A stretch of 64,000 bases of DNA from a phage. The stretch lies in the sequence record PZ452596.1, one strand, 5' to 3'. The translations under genes and the position numbers were made by a program. The number at the start of each line of letters is the position of its first letter. The first letter of the stretch is position 1. The notes under the pieces were generated by a model that was not told the origin of the DNA, made no database searches, and was given only the letters and a program-made list of their open reading frames with translations. Below, piece by piece: positions 57,807 through 64,000 of the stretch.

Positions 57807-58328
57807 TTATCCTTTCATTGAAGGCGTAACAGTTGTTAAATACTTAATCATAGCTTCAGCTTCTGATTTTGATAATGAAATTTCTCCATTGTTTTGACGA
57901 ATAGAAATAAAATCCGGATGACGGTCACCACCAGCTTTTAAAACACACATATAAGTATCAACTTCGCCTTCAATATTTGAAATGATTGAAGCAGTTCCAC
58001 ATGAATGTGGTTTTTGATAAATCAATACAGCTTTTCTTCCGCCATTTGACTGCTCATAGGCTTTTAATACATCAAGCAAATCAGTTCTTTTATCAATAGC
58101 TAAAATGTTATTTTCATCTTCAATGTTAAATCCTTCGGATACTTCATAAAGTGTCACCCATAAATCGCCAATATCAATAACAGCATTTACGTTTCCACGG
58201 CTTTCAAGAGCATGACAAATTTTCTTGATTTCGTCATAACTCATTTTAATAATATCATCTCCTTGAATAAGAAAGATGTCATTTTTAAATTCAACACGAA
58301 TTAAACCACTTCCACTTGAAATAAACAT
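57807..58328 (-). CDS. hypothetical protein 173 aa, built from two internal repeats; paralog of next gene
   Basis: GTGAGGAAAT RBS; C-terminus ...KSEAEAMIKYLTTVTPSMKG matches ...KDEAIALKTYLDSVIPTMISK. Confidence 0.6.
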   Translation of the reverse strand: MFISSGSGLIRVEFKNDIFLIQGDDIIKMSYDEIKKICHALESRGNVNAVIDIGDLWVTLYEVSEGFNIEDENNILAIDKRTDLLDVLKAYEQSNGGRKAVLIYQKPHSCGTASIISNIEGEVDTYMCVLKAGGDRHPDFISIRQNNGEISLSKSEAEAMIKYLTTVTPSMKG

Positions 58329-58334
58329 ATTTCC

Positions 58335-58877
58335 TCACTTTGAAATCATAGTTGGAATGACAGAATCAAGATAAGTCTTTAGCGCAATAGCTTCGTCTTT
58401 GGTAAATGTGACAATATGCGCTCGAGAATCATCAATTTGGCGAACAAGTACGACATCGCCATCTTCATAAGAAGTCTTGACATCCAAAGTCGTAGTATAA
58501 TTTGCAGCTACTGGATTAATAATGTTAGCGCCGCGGTCTTTAGCCCATTGAAGTTTAGCCTTTTCGGATGTTTCGACTGTTTCAGATTCCAAGAATTCTT
58601 TCACCTTGACAACGAATGTTGCCCAATTGTTGATAGAAAGACACATAAATTCAGTTTCAATATTACCGCCGTAAAGGCCACGATAAAAACGAACTTGGAG
58701 GTCGTCTGTAATATTAGTTACACCGGTAACTCCTGAGGGAGCATAAGATAAAATCGCAGCCAGTTCCATAGGAAGAATAGTAATACTATCGTCTTCCTGC
58801 GTCAGAACGTATACATTACCACGTTTTTCGATAACCAGGTCACCGAACAAATCAGTTGTTTCAATTACAGCTTTCAT
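58335..58877 (-). CDS. hypothetical protein 180 aa, internal repeats; paralog of previous
   Basis: First ATG at 58877 (track start is TTG); repeat DLVIEKRGNVYVLTQEDDSITILPMELAAIL vs DVVLVRQIDDSRAHIVTFTKDEAIALKTYL. Confidence 0.6.
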   Translation of the reverse strand: MKAVIETTDLFGDLVIEKRGNVYVLTQEDDSITILPMELAAILSYAPSGVTGVTNITDDLQVRFYRGLYGGNIETEFMCLSINNWATFVVKVKEFLESETVETSEKAKLQWAKDRGANIINPVAANYTTTLDVKTSYEDGDVVLVRQIDDSRAHIVTFTKDEAIALKTYLDSVIPTMISK

Positions 58878-58878
58878 A

Positions 58879-59064
58879 TTATTTACCAATTAAAGTTTCA
58901 ATATAAGAATCAAGATTTACTTTAGCTTCTTCCATAAGAGTTTTGTATTTAATCTTGTTAGCATGTCCGGAGAAAGCTGATTCATCAATAACTGTTGCTG
59001 TATGAACAGCTTTGCTATATGTTTCAATTAATTCTCTTAATTTAAAAGCCTGCTCACTTGTCAT
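58879..59064 (-). CDS. small acidic helical protein 61 aa; member of a 6-gene family
   Basis: ATG at 59064 with AGAGGAGTATGTG RBS; MTSEQAFKLRELIETYSKAV... Confidence 0.5.
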   Translation of the reverse strand: MTSEQAFKLRELIETYSKAVHTATVIDESAFSGHANKIKYKTLMEEAKVNLDSYIETLIGK

Positions 59065-59196
59065 CACATACTCCTCTGAATCATATCAATAATGTTGTTC
59101 ACCAGATTATAAGTAAACATTGGGTAATTATATTGAATCATCACATACACAACAAACAAAACTTTCATTCTCTTCTCCTTGGCAGCTGACAAGATT

Positions 59197-59226
59197 ACTA
59201 TACCATAACCTTGCCAACTTGTAAAC
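59197..59226 (-). promoter_or_regulatory. T4-type early promoter heading the operon ending with the NTase gene
   Basis: GTTTACaagttggcaaggttatggTATAGT. Confidence 0.55.
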
Positions 59227-59228
59227 CA

Positions 59229-59402
59229 TTAAATGATGTTTTCAATAAAATTCTGAAGCTTTGTGTGAGCATCAACCATGATTTTCAATTCTTCTTTAGC
59301 GAAAGCTGTACCTCTTTCCCGAGAAGAACACTCATAGTCAGAAACTGCATTAGCATATTCTTCAATTAGTTTCATTAAAAACATCTGCTTTTCAGTTTTC
59401 AT
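59229..59402 (-). CDS. small acidic helical protein 57 aa; family member
   Basis: MKTEKQMFLMKLIEEYANAVSDYECSS...; start overlaps stop of upstream paralog; below ORF-track cutoff. Confidence 0.45.
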   Translation of the reverse strand: MKTEKQMFLMKLIEEYANAVSDYECSSRERGTAFAKEELKIMVDAHTKLQNFIENII

Positions 59403-59586
59403 TATTCCACCTAATCATTTCAAGATATTGAACTAACTTAGCTTTAGATTTATCCAAATCCTTTTTAGCTGCTTCTATACCGTCGTATGAATATCCTTCA
59501 CAATGCTCAACTGCTAATTGATATGAATCTATTTCAACATCACGTGCTAATTTAATGATTTTTTCAAACTGTTCACATGTTAGCAT
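59392..59586 (-). CDS. small acidic helical protein 64 aa; family member
   Basis: MLTCEQFEKIIKLARDVEIDSYQLAVEHCEGY...; GAGAG RBS. Confidence 0.5.
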   Translation of the reverse strand: MLTCEQFEKIIKLARDVEIDSYQLAVEHCEGYSYDGIEAAKKDLDKSKAKLVQYLEMIRWNNEN

Positions 59587-59588
59587 AC

Positions 59589-59792
59589 TTAAACTCTCGT
59601 ATTATGATCGATAATTTCATCAAGAAACATATCTAACGCTTCTATAGCATTATCAACTTTAGCTTCAAGTTCATCAATACCTTTATTTGCAATGCCTGAC
59701 GAAAACCAAGCAAAGTCACTAAGTTCCTCGTCTGCTTTACGAATTAAAGCTACTAATTCCTTAATTTTATCCGCTTGTTCGATACTAATCAT
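59589..59792 (-). CDS. small acidic helical protein 67 aa; family member
   Basis: Internal ATG at 59792; [29 protein letters not shown]... Confidence 0.5.
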   Translation of the reverse strand: MISIEQADKIKELVALIRKADEELSDFAWFSSGIANKGIDELEAKVDNAIEALDMFLDEIIDHNTRV

Positions 59793-59980
59793 TATTCCAC
59801 CACATATGAAAGAGAGAATATTGCACACGCCATGTGAGTTGCAACTTCATCACACATATTATAACGTTTCTTAAGAAGTTCTACAAGTTCTTCACTAGTA
59901 ACTTCATCCATGTCGACGAAAAAATCACCATTAATGATGACGTAAATATTTCCTTCTTGATTGAGTGCTTCAATTTTCAT
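59792..59980 (-). CDS. hypothetical protein 62 aa
   Basis: Internal ATG at 59980 with AAGAGGAGAACATC RBS and early promoter upstream. Confidence 0.45.
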
Positions 59981-60008
59981 GATGTTCTCCTCTTTATCCG
60001 ATAGTTGT

Positions 60009-60038
60009 ATAGTATCACAGCTCAAACGGAAAGTAAAC
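60009..60038 (-). promoter_or_regulatory. T4-type early promoter after rI.1 terminator
   Basis: GTTTACtttccgtttgagctgtgaTACTAT. Confidence 0.55.
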
Positions 60039-60053
60039 CGGTAAAATGAAAAA

Positions 60054-60071
60054 AGTCTCCCGAAGGAGACT
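60054..60071 (-). terminator. intrinsic terminator after rI.1
   Basis: agtctcc-cgaa-ggagact followed by UUUUUUCAUUUUA. Confidence 0.6.
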
Positions 60072-60075
60072 AATG

Positions 60076-60462
60076 TTATTCGAGGGAAAGAAGATACTTA
60101 CTCTGGTAAAACATCCCAGTAATATCATCTATCGTGCTTTGAATGGCTGGAGGCATTTCTTTATAAATGCTGTTAGATTGGTCTAGTATGCGATCAATCA
60201 TTTTAATTGTGTCGGTAGGAAGTTTACTGGCATCTGGAATTGAAGGTGTGTATTTTCTACCAGAATACCCCAAATATTGCTCACCAAATTTATCAATCAA
60301 ATCTGGTAACTCGGAGAAAATAAAATCGTATGCTTTGTGTCTAGCATAACTTTTAGTTTCAAAATGTGCAGAATGAAAATAAGCTTGTGCAGCCATTAAT
60401 AAACCTAAGTATTCATCTGCCTTTGAAGGTTTTCCACTTTGTGAAAAGTCGCTGAATTTCAT
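60076..60462 (-). CDS. hypothetical protein 128 aa (rI.1 position)
   Basis: ATGA overlap with rI stop; terminator hairpin downstream. Confidence 0.6.
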
Positions 60463-60752
60463 TCAGTCTCCAATTTAATGTTCATAATTCTAGCGTATGA
60501 TTGTGCCATCTCCGCGCCTCGTTCTATACATTCAAAATCAGAAGAGCACGGGTCATTTTTATAGGTCGTTCTCATAAAACTATAGAATTGTTCAGACGAT
60601 TCTACGCTTTTATTTTCAAAAAGCATATAAACGTGCCTAATACCAGATTCCATAAATTTATCAAAATGAGGATCGACATTCGCTTCAATTGGTGGAGATA
60701 AAGCAAATGACAATCCTAGCATGGCAAATAGTGCCGTTGCTTTTAAGGCCAT
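60459..60752 (-). CDS. rI: lysis inhibition regulator RI, 97 aa
   Basis: MALKATALFAMLGLSFALSPPIEANVDPHFDKFMESGIRHVYMLFENKS... (signal-anchor plus periplasmic domain); TAGGAGG RBS. Confidence 0.85.
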   Translation of the reverse strand: MALKATALFAMLGLSFALSPPIEANVDPHFDKFMESGIRHVYMLFENKSVESSEQFYSFMRTTYKNDPCSSDFECIERGAEMAQSYARIMNIKLETE

Positions 60753-60764
60753 AAAGGCCTCCTA

Positions 60765-60977
60765 TCATTTTTGTCCTGTATTTACTTTATGCCGATGCAC
60801 GGCCTTAACTTTATCAAGGTATTTTTCAAAATTTCGCAATCTAGTATAGTCTGCCGGAGATTGGTTGAGTGATACTTCTCGACGCAAAGCTGAAATGATA
60901 TTTCCAACTTCCCTACGAATTTCATCTAATTGAAGAACAGTAAGATTGCGAAGTTGCTTTTCAGTTAATTGTAGCAT
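60765..60977 (-). CDS. hypothetical protein 70 aa (rI.-1 position)
   Basis: ATG at 60977 with AAAGGGGTATAT RBS; exact late promoter upstream. Confidence 0.6.
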
Positions 60978-61002
60978 ATATACCCCTTTAGTTAGATAAA
61001 CC

Positions 61003-61010
61003 TATTTATA
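61003..61010 (-). promoter_or_regulatory. late promoter core TATAAATA upstream of rI.-1/rI
   Basis: Exact TATAAATA on minus strand ~26 nt before the rI.-1 ATG. Confidence 0.6.
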
Positions 61011-61019
61011 ACTTTTGCA

Positions 61020-61601
61020 CTAACCGAGCTTTTTAGTTAATTCATTCCAATGTTTTCTACACAAAGAAACATAAATTTCATCGCCAATACAGATTTGATT
61101 ACCCTCTTTAACTGGTGTTCCATCTTCCATTAATCGAGCTGTCATAATCGCTTTTTTACCACAGTGACAAACTGCTTTTAGTTCAATAAGTTTATCTGCA
61201 ATCGCCAAAAGTTCTTTAGAACCTTCAAATAATTTTCCAGCGAAATCAGTCCTTAATCCATAAGCCATAACAGGAACATTATATGTATCAACAATTCGGC
61301 TCAATTGATGCACTTGTTCAGTTTTTAAAAACTGAGCTTCATCTACAAATACACAATGAATATCTTTTTGTGCTTCAGCCCATTTATAGAACTCGAAAAT
61401 ATCCATATCATCTGTAATAATATTCGCTTCCTGCTTAATTCCAATGCGAGAAACGACTTCACAGACAGAATCGCGAGTATCAATAGCAGGCTTAAGAACT
61501 AATACGCTCATTCCACGTTCTTTATAATTATGTGCAGCAGTCAAAAGAGAAGCAGATTTTCCAGCATTCATTGCTGCATAAGTAAAAATTAAACTCGCCA
61601 T
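61020..61601 (-). CDS. tk: thymidine kinase, 193 aa
   Basis: MASLIFTYAAMNAGKSASLLTAAHNYKERGMSVLVLKPAIDTRD... (P-loop); C-terminal Cys cluster. Confidence 0.9.
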   Translation of the reverse strand: MASLIFTYAAMNAGKSASLLTAAHNYKERGMSVLVLKPAIDTRDSVCEVVSRIGIKQEANIITDDMDIFEFYKWAEAQKDIHCVFVDEAQFLKTEQVHQLSRIVDTYNVPVMAYGLRTDFAGKLFEGSKELLAIADKLIELKAVCHCGKKAIMTARLMEDGTPVKEGNQICIGDEIYVSLCRKHWNELTKKLG

Positions 61602-61602
61602 C

Positions 61603-61791
61603 TTAGTCCTTAGTTAAATTTTCTAAATATGTTTCTAAATCATTTTCAGCTTTATCGATAGATTTTACTAATTCGTAATATGTTTCGGCATCTCCATAAT
61701 CAGAAGATAATTCAAAAGACAAATCCTTTTCTAAACTAATAATTTCACCAACTAAAAATAATATTTCGTTCTTTTGTTCGCGAGTAATCAT
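61603..61791 (-). CDS. small acidic helical protein 62 aa; family member
   Basis: MITREQKNEILFLVGEIISLEKDL...; ATGA overlap with upstream paralog. Confidence 0.5.
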   Translation of the reverse strand: MITREQKNEILFLVGEIISLEKDLSFELSSDYGDAETYYELVKSIDKAENDLETYLENLTKD

Positions 61792-61973
61792 AAGGAATTT
61801 ATATAATTAATAAGTTCTTGTTCTTTATTATCGAATTCTTTAGAAAGTTCTTCGTACTCGTTTGCATTAAAAGGACCGCATTCATCACAAACTTTTTCCA
61901 ATTCACTGTTTTTATCCATAACTTCGTGGATAAGAGAAAAGAGTTTGTCTTTTTGTTCTTTGCTTAGGCTCAT
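61788..61973 (-). CDS. small acidic helical protein 61 aa; family member
   Basis: MSLSKEQKDKLFSLIHEVMDKNSELEKV... Confidence 0.5.
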   Translation of the reverse strand: MSLSKEQKDKLFSLIHEVMDKNSELEKVCDECGPFNANEYEELSKEFDNKEQELINYINSL

Positions 61974-62143
61974 ATATTAATTTCCAGAAGTTTTAAAATA
62001 ATTCGCTTTTGCTTAAATATTTCAATAGTTAAATGATCAGTATCTTTTTGACCAATTCCAATGGCAAAACCTTTATTAGCAGCGAGTTCAATTAAATTAT
62101 CAAGTTCACGTAACACTTCGTACTGTAACTCATAACTATTCAT
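61970..62143 (-). CDS. hypothetical protein 57 aa
   Basis: ATG at 62143; ATGA overlaps at both ends; below ORF-track cutoff. Confidence 0.35.
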   Translation of the reverse strand: MNSYELQYEVLRELDNLIELAANKGFAIGIGQKDTDHLTIEIFKQKRIILKLLEINI

Positions 62144-62352
62144 TTCGGTTTACCTTCTTTAACGAAATCTGGATAAGGATAAAATCCCGAATAAAATCCT
62201 TCACCTTTATGATTGATGCATCCTTTATTAGAACAATAGCACCAATAATCGAAATCACAAGCCATTTCATCGTTGCATAAAGCAAAAACAACCGGCCACT
62301 TACACTTTTCGCAGTGGGCATTTTTAAGAATACTAGTTTGGCTCATAACCAT
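62140..62352 (-). CDS. Cys-rich small protein ~70 aa (probable metal-binding)
   Basis: ATG at 62352 with AAAGGTTAC RBS; HCEKCKW...CNDEMACDFDYWCYCSNKGC. Confidence 0.5.
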   Translation of the reverse strand: MVMSQTSILKNAHCEKCKWPVVFALCNDEMACDFDYWCYCSNKGCINHKGEGFYSGFYPYPDFVKEGKPK

Positions 62353-62555
62353 GTAACCTTTAAGCAATATTCTTCTACATGTTGTTTACGACCTTTCTTA
62401 TCAATAAAGGTATATTCAACGAATGTTCCAATGTAGTCTTTATCTACATCATGTGGACTATTAATTGGACATTTAGTACGGCAAATGCGTTCCCATTGAC
62501 GAATAATTACTGCCTTATTCTTTGGGTCATACGGATGTGGATAATGTATATTCAT
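62343..62555 (-). CDS. hypothetical protein ~70 aa
   Basis: ATG at 62555, ATGA overlap with macro-domain gene stop. Confidence 0.45.
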   Translation of the reverse strand: MNIHYPHPYDPKNKAVIIRQWERICRTKCPINSPHDVDKDYIGTFVEYTFIDKKGRKQHVEEYCLKVTWL

Positions 62556-63019
62556 AATAACGGTTCCCAATCAACAATCACAATTTCTAATTTAGAAGAA
62601 TATGTATCTAAAATCCCCTCAATAATATCCCAGTTCCCTTTACCTATGCCTGCACCAATCCTAGGCATATAGATTGTGGGTTTAATCAGTTTATTTTCAC
62701 CAAACTCATTTAATTCTAACATACAATTCATTAAAGCGGAATACTCAAAATTTGGCCCTGGTTGAAATTGAGTATAAAGGTTGAAGCAATACGCTTTATG
62801 AGTCCTAAAGTATTTTTCATAGACTGAGTAAGAACCGAGTTTAGTTACATCACCCCATTCAGTCTGTAATTTATCAGCTTCCAAAATTTTAGGGAAAGCT
62901 TTGGTTAATTGACCCGCTACGCCTGAACCCATAGTATGAAAACAATTGCATCCATGCGCAATATTTTTACCTTCAGCGAAAAGGGCGACAATATCGCCCT
63001 TGATATATTTTACAATCAT
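62552..63019 (-). CDS. macro-domain (ADP-ribose binding/processing) protein, 155 aa
   Basis: GDIVALFAEGKNIAHGCNCFHTMGSGVAGQL and TIYMPRIGAGIGKGNW match macro-domain signature blocks; ATGA overlap with upstream gene. Confidence 0.6.
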   Translation of the reverse strand: MIVKYIKGDIVALFAEGKNIAHGCNCFHTMGSGVAGQLTKAFPKILEADKLQTEWGDVTKLGSYSVYEKYFRTHKAYCFNLYTQFQPGPNFEYSALMNCMLELNEFGENKLIKPTIYMPRIGAGIGKGNWDIIEGILDTYSSKLEIVIVDWEPLL

Positions 63020-63363
63020 CTAGTACTCAATCCTCGATTATAAGAATCTACCAAACGGTCAACCATTGAATGACAAGCGGCTTTATCTTTCTCCTCCGCA
63101 ACTGAGCATTCTAAGGTATTCCACTTTTTAGCATATCGTTTTAATAATGTATCGTTTTTGTATCTGCTTGATTTATCTCTTTCTCCGTCTTTATATGCAT
63201 ATATTAATTTCTGTGCAAATTCAGCTTGGCATGCTTTATTTTTCCCACAATAATCTGCCGCAGTGCGGTTTACATATTCTCTAATTTCAGTATATGATGT
63301 ATCTGCTGATGCAGAAGCAGAAAATGAAATTAATCCTATACATAAAACCAAAATTTTAGTCAT
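63016..63363 (-). CDS. secreted protein 115 aa (signal peptide)
   Basis: MTKILVLCIGLISFSASASADT...; four Cys. Confidence 0.55.
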   Translation of the reverse strand: MTKILVLCIGLISFSASASADTSYTEIREYVNRTAADYCGKNKACQAEFAQKLIYAYKDGERDKSSRYKNDTLLKRYAKKWNTLECSVAEEKDKAACHSMVDRLVDSYNRGLSTR

Positions 63364-63901
63364 TTACTATTTCCAAAAGTTTATTATTTTTAAGGTAATT
63401 AGCCTTTTCTAGGACTTCAGAAGCATATTTAGAACCTGCTTTAACATTCCATCCCGAATTATAAGAGGATATTGCTTTTCTTATATCGCCCTTATGTATA
63501 TTTAACCAATAAGAAAGTTCAATGTACGCCCAGGAAGCTGAATTGGATCGTTTATTCAACATTCTTTTTATTTCAGCATCAGTCATATTATAACCAAGTT
63601 CCTTAACTCTCGCTCGCATAGTAGGCAAATAATTTTGGAACATTCCATAAGCGTGATGCTTTGGTTTAGATTTTAAATTAACTCCGCCAGAGCTTTCTTG
63701 CCATAAAATGGCTGCCATTATATGACCTAATCCGCTCTTGTGGATATTTTTATGTGTTTTATATTTTCCATCCTTAGAAAATTGTTCCCCGAATTGATAC
63801 GCGTAACGCATGTTATCGAGTTGGACATTACTGAAAGTATGCTCGGAGCTATGTGCCATCATTGAAATGGCCAATAGACCAGCGAGTAGTGCTTTTCTCA
63901 T
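63356..63901 (-). CDS. secreted lytic transglycosylase-like protein (SLT domain), 181 aa
   Basis: Signal peptide MRKALLAGLLAISMMAHS; AAILWQESSGG...HHAYGMFQNYLPTM...SYNSGWNVKAGSKYASEV resemble SLT catalytic region; GAGGTAAGC RBS. Confidence 0.6.
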   Translation of the reverse strand: MRKALLAGLLAISMMAHSSEHTFSNVQLDNMRYAYQFGEQFSKDGKYKTHKNIHKSGLGHIMAAILWQESSGGVNLKSKPKHHAYGMFQNYLPTMRARVKELGYNMTDAEIKRMLNKRSNSASWAYIELSYWLNIHKGDIRKAISSYNSGWNVKAGSKYASEVLEKANYLKNNKLLEIVND

Positions 63902-63908
63902 GCTTACC

Positions 63909-64000
63909 TCATTGAGTTTTAATTACTGCTTTAGAAGCCTTTCCTGGTAAACGACGACTGTTAATAATTGCCATCCTACATTGAAGTGACGGGTCTTTGA
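63909..64000 (-). CDS. 3' end of an unidentified gene whose start lies beyond the window end
   Basis: Frame open from window edge to TGA at 63909-63911 (...RMAIINSRRLPGKASKAVIKTQ*). Confidence 0.35.
   Translation of the reverse strand, partial: KDPSLQCRMAIINSRRLPGKASKAVIKTQ

Noticed and set aside
1-64000. Search for CRISPR arrays, tRNA or rRNA genes
   Set aside because: No spaced direct-repeat arrays or tRNA-like cloverleaf candidates recognised by eye; a tRNAscan or CRISPR-finder run would be needed to exclude them formally

Overview
This window reads as one contiguous early/middle replication-recombination block of a T4-like (T-even) myophage, with almost every gene on the minus strand. 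Gene order follows T4: 52 (partial), ac-like, ndd, denB, rIIB, rIIA, 39, dexA, dda, srd-like, modA/modB, soc, 56, 61, a 61.x island (dmd, spackle-like), 41, 40, uvsX, glycosyltransferase, 42, imm, 43, regA, 62/44/45, rpbA, 46/47, alpha-gt, 55, nrdH/nrdG/nrdD, 49, pin, nrdC, a ~10 kb block of unassigned ORFs, rI, tk, then macro-domain and transglycosylase-like genes. Calls rest on reading frames, start-codon and Shine-Dalgarno context, motifs visible in the translations, and my recollection of T4 proteins; no database search was possible. Differences from T4 as I remember it: gene 39 is one uninterrupted 605-codon gene, nrdD has no intron, no mob/seg homing-endonuclease genes are seen, a DxD-type glycosyltransferase sits where beta-gt would be, and soc abuts 56. 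Regulation is dense and repetitive: 17 GTTTAC-N17-TATAAT-type early promoters, four MotA-box middle promoters, two exact TATAAATA late promoters (soc and rI.-1), many GC-clamped UUCG/GNRA stem-loops, and frequent ATGA stop/start overlaps. The strongest candidates for something new lie in the nrdC-to-rI region (49.3-60 kb): a nucleotidyltransferase-fold protein translationally coupled to a 2-TM protein, followed by a separately promoted AAA+ ATPase; a four-gene paralog family with coiled-coil tails; and a six-member family of ~60-aa proteins. No CRISPR array, tRNA or rRNA was recognised.
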